Source: Victivallales bacterium
GTDB taxonomy: Bacteria > Verrucomicrobiota > Lentisphaeria > Victivallales > UBA1829
Direction of reading: 5' to 3'
DNA: 64,000 bases
Assembly (NCBI GenBank): GCA_045612485.1
Contig: JAZKZE010000115.1
Coordinates: forward strand, 3,524-67,523
This document shows positions 36,031 to 45,591 of the stretch, piece by piece. Made by a program: the position numbers and the translations under genes. Position 1 is the first letter of the stretch. Each line of letters begins with the position of its first letter. The notes beneath the pieces are model-generated. The model did not search any database. It had not been told where the DNA came from and saw only the letters and a list, made by a program, of their open reading frames with translations.

Positions 36031-37170
36031 ATGAGCGATCATATTCTGCAATTTCAAAACATTACCAAGCGTTTCGGCAGTCAGACTGTCCTTGACGATG
36101 TGTCACTTAATGTGGGAACCGGGGAGATCTTTTCCCTTTTAGGACCCAGCGGCTGCGGTAAAACCACCTTATTGCGTATCTGCGGCGGGTTTGATTATCC
36201 CGATGCAGGCAGAGTCATCCTTGACGGAAAGGATATTACGGAACTGCCTCCCAACAAACGGGAGATCCGTACGGTATTTCAGAACTATGCACTTTTTCCC
36301 CATATGACGGTCTGGGATAATGTGGCTTTCGGTCTGAAAATCGCCGGAGTGGATAAGCATACCATGATGCGGGAAGTGGGCAAATACATTGAAATGGTAC
36401 AGTTGAGCGGCCATGAAGGGAAAAAGCCCGGTCAGTTGAGCGGCGGTCAGCGTCAGCGTGTCGCCATTGCCCGCGCCCTTGTGAACAAACCCAAGATCCT
36501 TCTTCTGGATGAACCTCTTGCCGCACTTGACCTGAAACTGCGTCAGCGGATGCTTATTGAACTGGATACCATCCATGATGAAGTGGGGATCACCTTCCTT
36601 TTTGTTACCCATGACCAGCAGGAGGCGATGAGTATCAGCGATCACATTGCGGTCATGCATAACGGCAATGTGGAACAGATCGGTACTCCCGTGGAACTTT
36701 ATGAAGCACCGAAAAACAGTTTTATTGCCGCCTTTATCGGGGATACCAACTTCTTCGACGGGATCGTGGAAAAGGTGGATGGAGATTACTGTACGCTTAT
36801 GATCAAGGATTTCCCTGCTCTGAGTGTGTATAATGACAAAAAACTCAAACGGGGGGATAAGGTCAATTTGAGTATCCGTCCGGAAAAATTTATGATCTCT
36901 GCCACAAAACCGGAGATCACAGATGCCCACACCAACATCCTTCAGGGGAAAGTGGAGGAGGTCATCTATCTGGGAGCGCATACCCGTTACTGGGTAAGGG
37001 TACAGGATTGGCGTATTTCCGTGGTCAAACAGCACTTCAGTTATGCCCTGGATGAGAAAAAGATCCGCTGGGATGATGAAGTATGGCTGAAATTTGAAGG
37101 AGATAATGCCTATATGCTTGAACGGTACACGGAAGAAGATGAGAATCTTCTTGCTCTTCCGGACGTATGA
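36031..37170 (+). CDS. potA: spermidine/putrescine ABC transporter ATP-binding protein
   Basis: Walker A GPSGCGKTT, signature LSGGQRQRVAIARAL, Walker B ILLLDEPL, and a PotA-type C-terminal regulatory domain. Confidence 0.9.
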   Translation: MSDHILQFQNITKRFGSQTVLDDVSLNVGTGEIFSLLGPSGCGKTTLLRICGGFDYPDAGRVILDGKDITELPPNKREIRTVFQNYALFPHMTVWDNVAFGLKIAGVDKHTMMREVGKYIEMVQLSGHEGKKPGQLSGGQRQRVAIARALVNKPKILLLDEPLAALDLKLRQRMLIELDTIHDEVGITFLFVTHDQQEAMSISDHIAVMHNGNVEQIGTPVELYEAPKNSFIAAFIGDTNFFDGIVEKVDGDYCTLMIKDFPALSVYNDKKLKRGDKVNLSIRPEKFMISATKPEITDAHTNILQGKVEEVIYLGAHTRYWVRVQDWRISVVKQHFSYALDEKKIRWDDEVWLKFEGDNAYMLERYTEEDENLLALPDV

Positions 37171-37194
37171 TCTTCCGTAAAGAGGGAGTGTTCC

Positions 37195-38079
37195 ATGAAA
37201 AGGTTCAGAAATCATGTATTGATAACCATGCCGTCTTTTCTCTGGCTGGTCATCTTCTATGCTTTACCGGTCTTCATCGTTTTTCTTCTTGCCTTCAAAC
37301 CTGTTGACCCTTACGGGGGGATCGGGGACGGCTGGACGCTGACTACATTGCGGAATCTTTCCAACCCCAGTTATCCTGCTATTATCTGGAGGACTGTCTG
37401 GCTGGGAGTCGTTTCCACAGCGGTAAGTATCATTATTGCCATTCCCATAGCCTATCATCTGGCGAAAATGAGTTCAAAACTGCGTAATATCGTCCTTATG
37501 CTTATTATTGTACCTTTCTGGACAAACTTTCTCATCCGTATTTTTGCGTGGAAGGTTTTTCTCAATCCGGAGGGCTTTTTCCGCAGAAGTCTGGTGTATA
37601 TCGGGCTTATTCCGGAAGAAACCATGCTTCTTTACAACCAGTGGGCGGTTCTTGCAGTAATGATCTATACCTATCTGCCCTATGCCATCCTGCCCATCTA
37701 TGCTGCGGCGGAAAAGTTTGATTTTGCTTTGCTGGATGCGGCAAAAGATCTGGGGGCAGGTTCTTTCCAGGCTTTCCGGAAAGTGTTTCTCCCGTCTATT
37801 TCCAAGAGTATCGGGGTGGCGGTGATGGTGGTATTGATCCCTGCACTGGGGGCATATCTTATTCCGGATCTGGTGGGGGGACCCACAAGTGAAATGATTG
37901 GCGACAAGATCGCTCAGAGTGTATTTACAGAACGGAATCTGCCTCATGCAAGTGCATTGTCTGCCATTCTGATGATTGCAGTATTCCTGCCGCTTCTTCT
38001 GATGATGTTTTTCAGAAGAGTATGTAATAACATCAATCCGGAAGCGGAGAAAACAGCTCGTATCGGGGTGAAAAAATGA
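37195..38079 (+). CDS. potB: polyamine ABC transporter permease
   Basis: Six-TM permease with the EAA-type loop LDAAKDLGAGSFQAFRKVFLP. Confidence 0.88.
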   Translation: MKRFRNHVLITMPSFLWLVIFYALPVFIVFLLAFKPVDPYGGIGDGWTLTTLRNLSNPSYPAIIWRTVWLGVVSTAVSIIIAIPIAYHLAKMSSKLRNIVLMLIIVPFWTNFLIRIFAWKVFLNPEGFFRRSLVYIGLIPEETMLLYNQWAVLAVMIYTYLPYAILPIYAAAEKFDFALLDAAKDLGAGSFQAFRKVFLPSISKSIGVAVMVVLIPALGAYLIPDLVGGPTSEMIGDKIAQSVFTERNLPHASALSAILMIAVFLPLLLMMFFRRVCNNINPEAEKTARIGVKK

Positions 38080-38885
38080 GAAAATGCAACCGTTCCAGCC
38101 GTTTTCCCATGATCGTGACCATTATCACGCTCATTTTCCTGTATGCACCTCTTGTGGTGGTATCCATTGCTTCTTTCAATAACAGTAAATACGGCGGGGC
38201 GTGGAGAGGTTTTTCCTTCCGCTGGTATGAAAAACTTTTTACCGATACCGCTATCTGGGAAGCATTGGTCAATACACTTGTTGTGGCTCTTATTGCCACA
38301 TTTTTCTCCACCCTTCTGGGGACACTTGCCGCCCTTGCCCTGTATAAGGGGAAAGGAAAATTACAGGTCTTTCATTATGCTCTTGTCTATTCGCCGCTTG
38401 TGGTGCCGGATATTCTCATGGGGATCAGTCTGCTGCTTCTCTTTGTTACTACCATCGGTATCGGTGCAAAGATCGGTCTTTCCCTTGAACTGGGGATGAC
38501 TACCATCATTATTGCCCATGTAACATTCTGTTTAAGTTATGTGACTATGGTGGTGCTGGGGCGTCTTCAGGATTTTGACCATTCCCTTATTGAGGCCGCC
38601 CAGGATCTGGGAGCCAATGCCCTTCAGATCTTTTTCAAGGTTACGCTTCCCATTATTGCCCCTGCCATTATTGCCGGTGCTTTGTTTGCTTTCACCCTTT
38701 CCATTGATGACTTTGTTATCACTTTCTTTGTGAAGGGGGCGGGAGATACCACTCTACCCATTTATATCCAAAGTGCTATGCGGCGGGGTACACCCGCTGT
38801 TATCAACGCCTTGTCTGTGGTCTTTCTGATCCTGACATTTATTTTAGTATTCACAAGTCAAAAACTGCTGGAGAAAAAGAAATGA
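38076..38885 (+). CDS. potC: polyamine ABC transporter permease
   Basis: Overlaps the potB stop by 4 nt. EAA-type loop IEAAQDLGANALQIFFKVTLP. Confidence 0.88.
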   Translation: MRKCNRSSRFPMIVTIITLIFLYAPLVVVSIASFNNSKYGGAWRGFSFRWYEKLFTDTAIWEALVNTLVVALIATFFSTLLGTLAALALYKGKGKLQVFHYALVYSPLVVPDILMGISLLLLFVTTIGIGAKIGLSLELGMTTIIIAHVTFCLSYVTMVVLGRLQDFDHSLIEAAQDLGANALQIFFKVTLPIIAPAIIAGALFAFTLSIDDFVITFFVKGAGDTTLPIYIQSAMRRGTPAVINALSVVFLILTFILVFTSQKLLEKKK

Positions 38886-39916
38886 AAAAACTCTTTTCCG
38901 CCGTCGTTCTCGCCCTTGCCGCTGTGTTGCTTTCTTCCTGCGGCAAACCCAAAGAAGTGCTTACCATTTACAACTGGGGGGATTATATTTCTCCGGAAGT
39001 GGTGAAAAAGTTTGAAAAAGAATTCAACTGCAAAGTGAAACTGGATGTATTTGACTCCAATGAAGCCATGTATGCCAAGCTGAAAGCCGGGGCAAAGGGA
39101 TATGATATCGTTGTACCTTCCTCCTACATGGCGGAACTGATGCAGAAACAGAATATGCTTGCAGCACTGGATCACAAACTTCTCCCCAATGTGACAAAGT
39201 ATGTGGATAAGAGTTATACCAAACTTTCTCTGGATAAGGAACTCAAATATACAGTCCCTTATTTTGCCAGTTTTACCGGTATCGGGTACAATACAAAGAA
39301 GGTAAAAGATTTTAAACCTACCTGGCACATGTTTGAAAGAGCAGACCTCAAAGGCCGCTGCTCCCTGCTCAACGATCTGCGTGAAGTCATCGGTATCGGA
39401 CTTCTTATGACTGGACACGACATGAATTCCACCAATCAGAAAGATCTGGATGACGCTGTCAAACAGGTTCTTGTCTGGAAGAAAAATATTGCCAAATTTG
39501 AAGTGGATGATGCCAAACGCGCCCTTGCCGCCGGTGAATTTGTGATGATCCAGACTTACAGCGGGGATATGCTTCAGGTTTCTTCTGAAAATAAAGACAT
39601 TGCCTTTGTTATCCCCAAAGAAGGTTCCTCTTTCACCTTTGATACCTTTGCCATCCTCAAAGATGCCCCCAATGCGGCTCTTGCCCACAAATTCATCAAC
39701 TTTATCTACCGGCCCGACATCTGTGCGGCAAACATGAATGAGATCATGTATGTAACTCCCCACACGGAAGCGGTAAAACTGGTGAATGAAGATCTCCGCA
39801 AGAATCCTGCGTTCCTTATTCCTGAAGATGTAAGAGCCAAATGCCAGCCCCAGAAAGATCTTGGTGCTGAAAACAGTAAATATGTGAAAGCATGGGAACT
39901 TATCCGTCAGAAATAA
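38882..39916 (+). CDS. potD: polyamine ABC transporter substrate-binding lipoprotein
   Basis: Lipobox LLSSCGK. PotD/PotF-like sequence (YNWGDYISPEVVKKFEKEF...) with a 4-nt overlap with potC. Confidence 0.88.
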   Translation: MKKLFSAVVLALAAVLLSSCGKPKEVLTIYNWGDYISPEVVKKFEKEFNCKVKLDVFDSNEAMYAKLKAGAKGYDIVVPSSYMAELMQKQNMLAALDHKLLPNVTKYVDKSYTKLSLDKELKYTVPYFASFTGIGYNTKKVKDFKPTWHMFERADLKGRCSLLNDLREVIGIGLLMTGHDMNSTNQKDLDDAVKQVLVWKKNIAKFEVDDAKRALAAGEFVMIQTYSGDMLQVSSENKDIAFVIPKEGSSFTFDTFAILKDAPNAALAHKFINFIYRPDICAANMNEIMYVTPHTEAVKLVNEDLRKNPAFLIPEDVRAKCQPQKDLGAENSKYVKAWELIRQK

Positions 39917-39940
39917 GATTTTCCATTCTGTAATACCATA

Positions 39941-39984
39941 AAAAATCCCGGTCGGTTTTTCAATGTGCCGACCGGGATTTTTTT
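39941..39984. terminator. bidirectional rho-independent terminator between convergent genes
   Basis: A5, then TCCCGGTCGG pairing with CCGACCGGGA, then T7. Confidence 0.8.
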
Positions 39985-40010
39985 ATCTTTTTCTGTTGCT
40001 GAAAGGAAAC

Positions 40011-41975
40011 TTATTCCTCAAAAACCAAAAGGGAGTAACCGTCAAATCTGGGAACAGTCACCTGGCAGTAGCCTTCTTTGATCTCAAAGGGAAGTTCCTT
40101 TTGTGCGGGGGCAAGATAGACTTTGCTGATCTTTTTCCCGTCTGTTTTCAGAGAGATTTTTGCATCAAGAACGGTGATGCGGTCTTCGGCAATGATGGCA
40201 TTGCAGCGTTTTTCCGGGCAGTAGGCAAGAAGATGTACCATACGGTAAGAATCTTTCTGCTGAACGAATGCTCTGGAGAAACTGGGCATATTTTCTGTTT
40301 TCAGAAGAGGTGCCGGATGCAGTTCTTCCATGATATTGCGTATGATATTGCGCAGTTCTCTGGGGGCTTTTGCTCCGTACCCGGCAAAAATATTTCCGGA
40401 AATGTAAACGACTTTCCCTTTCTGTACGATGAAAGGATCTTCTGTAGGTCCTTCAGGCGGCAGATAGAAATTTCCTCTCAAACCGTCCCATTCGCCGTTG
40501 ACATAGGTTTTTACGCAATACATTTGAATATTTGCTCCTTCAGAAACTTCCACCTGTGCGCCGGAAGCGTAAAGAGAGAGGAACATATCGGGCAGATCCT
40601 TTGCAAATTTTCCGGCAGGAGCAAAATAGAGGGGATCATAGGGGATGTTGCCCACATATTTTACGGGCCAGTCTTTCACGGGGAAATCTTTTCCGTCTTT
40701 CAGCATAGTGGAGGAGCCGGAAGCAATGACGGAACCGCCTTTGGCAATATGTTTTTCCAGTTTTTCCACCATGGAGGGAGTGAATACTGCATTATCAGGG
40801 ATGACGAGAAGTGCGTATTTATCCCAGGAAACAAAGTCGGTTACAAGATCAAACTGTACTTTCAGCTCATCCAGCATTCTTACGGCTGCGGCAACGGAAC
40901 CAAGAGGTGTTGCCGGGTAATAGTGGCGGTCATAACGGGGATAGACGATCGCCACATCGGTTTCATTTTCTGCGTGCAGACTCCATTTGTCATACTGCCG
41001 GACATTGTCATATACTTCCCGGATACGGTCGAATACAGGAAGATCCAGATCTCCTCTGGGGTGATAGTGTCCTCCGATATCCGGTCTCTGACCGTTTGCC
41101 ACACCGTAGAACATATCATATTCCAGAGCTTCTGCTGTCCGCAGACCTCCGAAATCGCCCCAGGCATTGAATCTGCCTGTCATATTGAGAACGCTTTTAT
41201 CTTTTCCTGCAATGGTACGCATATAGTGGGAGCAGGTGGGAAGGCAGTCATAACCCCAGCCGCCGGTGGGCAGACATTCACATTCCAGATGACTTTCCAG
41301 ATCGGTAACTTCTTCAAAGGGACGTCCGTTGAAGAAGAAAAGGGAATCGGGTTTAACTTTCCGGATCTCTTCTGTAAGCATACGGCACATCCTGTCGCAG
41401 GAAAAATGGCTGAAAGCCCTGACCTGATCCCGGTCGTTCCAGTCATAACCTTTTTCCTTCATCTCTGCAACGCACTGGGGACATACACAGTCGGAAGCTC
41501 CCAGACAGTCAAAGAAAAAACCGTCAAAATCATAGTTTTGAGCCAATTCCACCGCCATATCCCGCAAATGACCGCCGAAACGGTTGTAGCATACCTGATG
41601 ATAGAAGGGATTTCTCTTGTTTTTTTCCCGGATGGCGGGATCCATGGGAACATCGCTCCACTGGGGATTGGCAAGAGTTTCCTCTTCGCTCAAGTGTCCG
41701 TTGAAATAAAGGCTCAAACGGATCCCTTTGCGTTTGCAGGAGTCGCAGAGTTTTCCGATAAGGTCATAAGTAAGAGAGGGGTGGCGTTTACCGATTTTTG
41801 TATTATAATAGGCATTGCCCTGATTACAGCGGGCATGGAATGTAAGGAAATCCACACCGCAGGATTTCACCTGATCGGTAAAGGCTTCCACATCGAAATT
41901 TTTGCCCACATCCGGATTGGTTGCCAGGGTGTGGAAATCGTAAAAAAGCGCATAATCAAATTTTGCCATAATCAT
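40011..41975 (-). CDS. putative glycoside hydrolase-like TIM-barrel protein (GHL6/GH42-like)
   Basis: 654 aa with no signal peptide. The N-terminal FLTFHARCNQGNAYYNTKIGKRHP block and a GH42-trimerisation-like middle region were recognised from memory only. Confidence 0.65.
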   Translation of the reverse strand: MIMAKFDYALFYDFHTLATNPDVGKNFDVEAFTDQVKSCGVDFLTFHARCNQGNAYYNTKIGKRHPSLTYDLIGKLCDSCKRKGIRLSLYFNGHLSEEETLANPQWSDVPMDPAIREKNKRNPFYHQVCYNRFGGHLRDMAVELAQNYDFDGFFFDCLGASDCVCPQCVAEMKEKGYDWNDRDQVRAFSHFSCDRMCRMLTEEIRKVKPDSLFFFNGRPFEEVTDLESHLECECLPTGGWGYDCLPTCSHYMRTIAGKDKSVLNMTGRFNAWGDFGGLRTAEALEYDMFYGVANGQRPDIGGHYHPRGDLDLPVFDRIREVYDNVRQYDKWSLHAENETDVAIVYPRYDRHYYPATPLGSVAAAVRMLDELKVQFDLVTDFVSWDKYALLVIPDNAVFTPSMVEKLEKHIAKGGSVIASGSSTMLKDGKDFPVKDWPVKYVGNIPYDPLYFAPAGKFAKDLPDMFLSLYASGAQVEVSEGANIQMYCVKTYVNGEWDGLRGNFYLPPEGPTEDPFIVQKGKVVYISGNIFAGYGAKAPRELRNIIRNIMEELHPAPLLKTENMPSFSRAFVQQKDSYRMVHLLAYCPEKRCNAIIAEDRITVLDAKISLKTDGKKISKVYLAPAQKELPFEIKEGYCQVTVPRFDGYSLLVFEE

Positions 41976-42132
41976 TTCCTTTTTTGCTGGTTGATTTTTT
42001 ATGGTTCAGCTAATATAATGCACGAAATTTTCTTTACAAGCAACTTATGCTTTTTTATAAAGAAAAACTTGAAATTTTCAATAGGGAAAATATATTAAAA
42101 TGATGATATATCCAGAGAAGAGGTGCTTTTAT

Positions 42133-43263
42133 ATGCGGATCATGTTTGTTATAACTCAATTATCTCCGGCGGGAGCGGAAAAGATCGTTTCTGTTCTTGC
42201 CTGTTCTTATCAGGCACAGGCAGAAGAGTGTCTTGTTCTTTCTCTTATGCCGCCGCCGGAAAAAGGCTTTACTTCTGTTGTGGAAAAACTGGAAAAGTCC
42301 GGTGTCAAGGTACGTTTCCTTTATGGAAAAAGTTCTCCTGCAAGTTTTCTTCCGCTTATTTTTAAGATCCGTAAGGCTGTAAAAGAGTTTGTTCCTGATG
42401 TGATCCATGCCCATTTGATCCACCCTTCCTTATTGTGCCGTTTTGCCTGTCTGTTTAATAAAATACCTCTTGTGAATACTGTACATATTGCCGAAAGACG
42501 GAAAGGGAAAAAGTTATTCTTTCTTATGGATCAACTTACTGCATTCCGGTGTGATGTCTATACTGCCGTATCGGAGGCGGCAGGACGTTTTCAGGAGGAA
42601 AAATGCCACTTCAGGAATGGAAGACTTCTTGTTCTTCCCAATGGTTCTGATGCGGTCATTCCGGCAGATGCTTCTATTGTGGAAAAGATGAAACAGGAAT
42701 GGAATTTAGCCTCCTGTGATTTTATTGCCGGAGCTGCTGGCAGACTGGATTATCAGAAAGGGTATGATCTATTTCTGGAAAGTATTCCTTTGATTGCTGA
42801 AAAACTTCCGCAGGATAAAAAGTATGGTTTTCTTTTTATGGGGGAAGGTCCATACGGGGAACTTTTACGGAAAAAGGCGGAGGAACTGAATAAAAAATAT
42901 AAAAATATCCGTATCGTTTTTCCCGGATTCCGGAAAGATGCTTCTTCCCTTCTTGTGATGCTGGATCTTTTTCTTATGCCGTCCCGGTATGAGGGATATG
43001 GATTGGCGTTGGCGGAGGCGTTTTCATTGGGAATACCTGCTTTAAGTTCAAAGGCGGATTCCCTGCCGGAGGTATGTGAACATTTTTCCGGACATTTTCT
43101 TTATTGCGATCCGGAGAATGCTGAAGAAACTTCTGAAAAGTTTTTACAGGCAATGAGGCTTACCGGATTTGAAGGTAAAATCATCTGTTCCTGTGAGGAA
43201 ATGTGCAATAATTACATGAAATTATATAAGAGTTTAACAGAAAAAGGAGGCAGAAATGTATAA
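42133..43263 (+). CDS. glycosyltransferase family 4 (GT-B)
   Basis: Start at MRIMFVITQLSPAGAEK. C-terminal E-x7-E region SRYEGYGLALAEAFSLGIPALSS. Confidence 0.88.
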   Translation: MRIMFVITQLSPAGAEKIVSVLACSYQAQAEECLVLSLMPPPEKGFTSVVEKLEKSGVKVRFLYGKSSPASFLPLIFKIRKAVKEFVPDVIHAHLIHPSLLCRFACLFNKIPLVNTVHIAERRKGKKLFFLMDQLTAFRCDVYTAVSEAAGRFQEEKCHFRNGRLLVLPNGSDAVIPADASIVEKMKQEWNLASCDFIAGAAGRLDYQKGYDLFLESIPLIAEKLPQDKKYGFLFMGEGPYGELLRKKAEELNKKYKNIRIVFPGFRKDASSLLVMLDLFLMPSRYEGYGLALAEAFSLGIPALSSKADSLPEVCEHFSGHFLYCDPENAEETSEKFLQAMRLTGFEGKIICSCEEMCNNYMKLYKSLTEKGGRNV

Positions 43264-44353
43264 AAGTGAACTGGATACCCCTTCTCTTATTCTTGATTGG
43301 GAACTTTTTGAAAGAAATCTTATTCTCATGCGGGATTTTGCCGCCTCCCGCAATAAAAAACTGCGGCCCCACGCTAAAACACATAAATGCCCGCAGATCG
43401 CCAAGATCCAGCTGGAAACCGGCAACTGTGCCGGGATCTGTGCTGCCAAACTATCTGAAGCGGAAGCTCTTGCCAATGCCGGGATCAATGATATTCTTAT
43501 TACTTCCCCTGTGTCCGCTCCCTGGAAGATAAAGAAACTGGGCTTGCTGAATAAAAAAATCTCTTCCTTGAAAGTTGTTGCCGACAGCCGGGAACAGCTT
43601 GAACTTCTGGCAAAGGAGGGTTCCGCAGAAAATCCCCTGCACATCCTTATTGATGTGGATCCGGAAATGGGAAGAACGGGGGTTTCTTATGAAGAAGCAC
43701 CGGCATTGGGACGTTTTGCCGCCTCTTTCCCCACACTTGTCCTTGACGGTGTGCAGTGTTATGCAGGCCACCTTCAGCATATCGTTTCTTATGAAGAGCG
43801 GTCAAAAGAATGTACCCGCCTTATGAAAAAAGGTGCGGAAGTATTCCATATCCTGAAAAAAGAGTTTCCTTCCTGCGTGATCTATACAGGCGGCGGAACC
43901 GGTACTTCCCCTGCGGATGTATTGATTGACGAGCTTACCGATATCCAGGTGGGATCGTACTGTATGATGGATTCAGAATATCTTGCTGTGGAACATGGGG
44001 GGCCTTTCTATTTTCCGGCATTAAAGATTTTGACAAGTGTGATTTCCGCCCATAAAAGCGGGGAAGCCACCCTTGATGCGGGAACCAAGTCCATTTATGT
44101 GACACCGGGCGCACCGCCGCAAGTGATCCGGGAGGGAAAAATCTGTAATAAATTTACCTATTCCTGGGATTACGGAGATGAACACGGTCACTTGTTTTTT
44201 CCGGAAAACATCAAATTATCTGCCGGGGATGTTCTGGAAATGACCGTTTCCCATTGTGACCCCACTATCAACCTTTTTGATAAACTTTATATTGTAAAAG
44301 GTAATGAAGTTGTGGATTGCTTTGATATTGCTTTAAGAGGCTGCAACCGGTAA
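43256..44353 (+). CDS. DSD1-family PLP enzyme (D-threonine aldolase/D-serine dehydratase-like, alanine racemase N-fold)
   Basis: PLP-lysine block LRPHAKTHKCPQIA and a C-terminal VSHCDPTINL. Overlaps the GT4 stop by 8 nt. Confidence 0.85.
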   Translation: MYKSELDTPSLILDWELFERNLILMRDFAASRNKKLRPHAKTHKCPQIAKIQLETGNCAGICAAKLSEAEALANAGINDILITSPVSAPWKIKKLGLLNKKISSLKVVADSREQLELLAKEGSAENPLHILIDVDPEMGRTGVSYEEAPALGRFAASFPTLVLDGVQCYAGHLQHIVSYEERSKECTRLMKKGAEVFHILKKEFPSCVIYTGGGTGTSPADVLIDELTDIQVGSYCMMDSEYLAVEHGGPFYFPALKILTSVISAHKSGEATLDAGTKSIYVTPGAPPQVIREGKICNKFTYSWDYGDEHGHLFFPENIKLSAGDVLEMTVSHCDPTINLFDKLYIVKGNEVVDCFDIALRGCNR

Positions 44354-44369
44354 AAAAAAACGGGGAAAA

Positions 44370-44408
44370 GTGGCTGTAAAACCTATAGATTTTTTCAGCC
44401 ACCTTTTA
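44370..44408 (+). terminator. possible terminator hairpin
   Basis: GTGGCTG pairs with CAGCCAC (19-nt loop), followed by CTTTTA. Confidence 0.45.
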
Positions 44409-44450
44409 CTCCGCATTTTCTGTAAAACTTTGATATATTTTTCTGTATTA

Positions 44451-44597
44451 TCATTCTCTGAACAGCATGATTGCCAGTAAAATAAAAATTACTCCGACAA
44501 TAGCTCCATAGCCGGTAAAAAGCAATATAACGCCCATTACAAGAAATAATAAGGCTTTGGCTTTTGATGGTAAGCCCATAAGAGGATTATTGTCCAT
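44451..44597 (-). CDS. 48-aa small membrane protein (below the ORF-track cutoff)
   Basis: Hand-translated: MDNNPLMGLPSKAKALLFLVMGVILLFTGYGAIVGVIFILLAIMLFRE. Its ATG lies 1 nt after the upstream stop (TGAaATG). Confidence 0.45.
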   Translation of the reverse strand: MDNNPLMGLPSKAKALLFLVMGVILLFTGYGAIVGVIFILLAIMLFRE

Positions 44598-44598
44598 T

Positions 44599-44796
44599 TC
44601 AGTATCCCCGTTGCAGCATTTCTCTTATTGCTTCATCGTCTTTTACTTTGAGTTTCAACATTTTCAGAGCATTGACGTCATGATTGCGTGCCAGACGGAT
44701 CAATTCAGAATTACTTTTCTTGGAATAGATTTTATAAGTACCTTCCGGAATACCCAGACGCATAAAAGAATTGCCTAAATCTTCCCAGAACCCCAT
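44599..44796 (-). CDS. 65-aa hypothetical protein
   Basis: GGAGG lies 6 nt upstream of the ATG. MGFWEDLGNSFMRLGIPEGTYKIY... has no recognisable family. Confidence 0.55.
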   Translation of the reverse strand: MGFWEDLGNSFMRLGIPEGTYKIYSKKSNSELIRLARNHDVNALKMLKLKVKDDEAIREMLQRGY

Positions 44797-44811
44797 GACA
44801 GACCTCCATTT

Positions 44812-44997
44812 TTAAAGATTGGGAATATTTTTCTTTGCTTTGTTCATCGCATTGCTTAATTTCTGGCAATCTTTGCAAATGGAATTGTGATTGTCACTCT
44901 TTGTGACATTGTGGTAAAACTCAGACAGGGCTTTTTCTCTTCCGCAGGAAGAGCATCTTTTCTTGGTGGGGGCTGGCATTTTTTTGTTCCTTTTCAT
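44812..44997 (-). CDS. small zinc-ribbon-like protein (CxxC...CxxC)
   Basis: Contains CSSCGREKALSEFYHNVTKSDNHNSICKDCQ. The start is ATG 44997, or more likely ATG 44979 after AAGGA. Confidence 0.5.
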   Translation of the reverse strand: MKRNKKMPAPTKKRCSSCGREKALSEFYHNVTKSDNHNSICKDCQKLSNAMNKAKKNIPNL

Positions 44998-45531
44998 GAA
45001 TGGTTGATATTTTTCCGCTGTAAATCAGCAAGAAAAGGAACAAAAACCGGAACGTCCCTTATATCATGTTCCGGGCTCCGCCAAGAGCCTGCCTTCTGAA
45101 TACGAAAGAACGTCCGGAAAGATGTGAAGACACAATCCTACCGGATACATTTCTGCATTTCAGAAGGCAAATATAGTTTTTCATTTGGCGGATTCGGAAC
45201 ATATTTGCTGAAATATAACGGTTTTCAATTAGCCACTGCCATTTCTGACAGCACTGAAAATATATCACGGATTCTATAAAATACAAATTAAAAATATGTT
45301 ATTAAATAAAAAAATACGGCTGTTTCTTAAAATAATAATGAACCTGTGCATCAAATTTCCTGTATAAAAATATATCAATAGCAGTCCCGCAGGGATGCCG
45401 GAACCCCGGGCTTGGCACTCACGCTCCGCCGGGGCTTTTGATATATCCGGTACAAATGAATAAAAGCTGCTTTACAGATTATTTTTACCGGAACCCGATT
45501 CTCTTATGAGATATTTGAGAGCTCCGGACAG

Positions 45532-45567
45532 AAAAAAACGGGGCCGCTGCACTTTTGCAACAGCCCC
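45532..45567 (-). terminator. rho-independent terminator (minus strand)
   Basis: On the minus strand, GGGGCTGTTGC-AAAA-GTGCAGCGGCCCC is followed by T7. Confidence 0.8.
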
Positions 45568-45591
45568 ATTATCTTCTATATATAAAACTCT

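Noticed and set aside
45059-45286. A 75-aa minus-strand ORF upstream of the tiny-gene trio.
   Set aside because: It has no SD and odd composition (Cys/Gln/Trp/Ile runs), and sits in an AT-rich region. It is treated as non-coding.
45395-45445. A possible dispersed repeat. TTGGCA..CGCTCCGCC..GG is shared between 45408-45432 and 17957-17975, and GCTCCGCC also occurs at 45076-45083.
   Set aside because: The shared core is only ~20 nt with gaps. Without genome-wide counts this cannot be distinguished from chance similarity between GC-rich hairpins.
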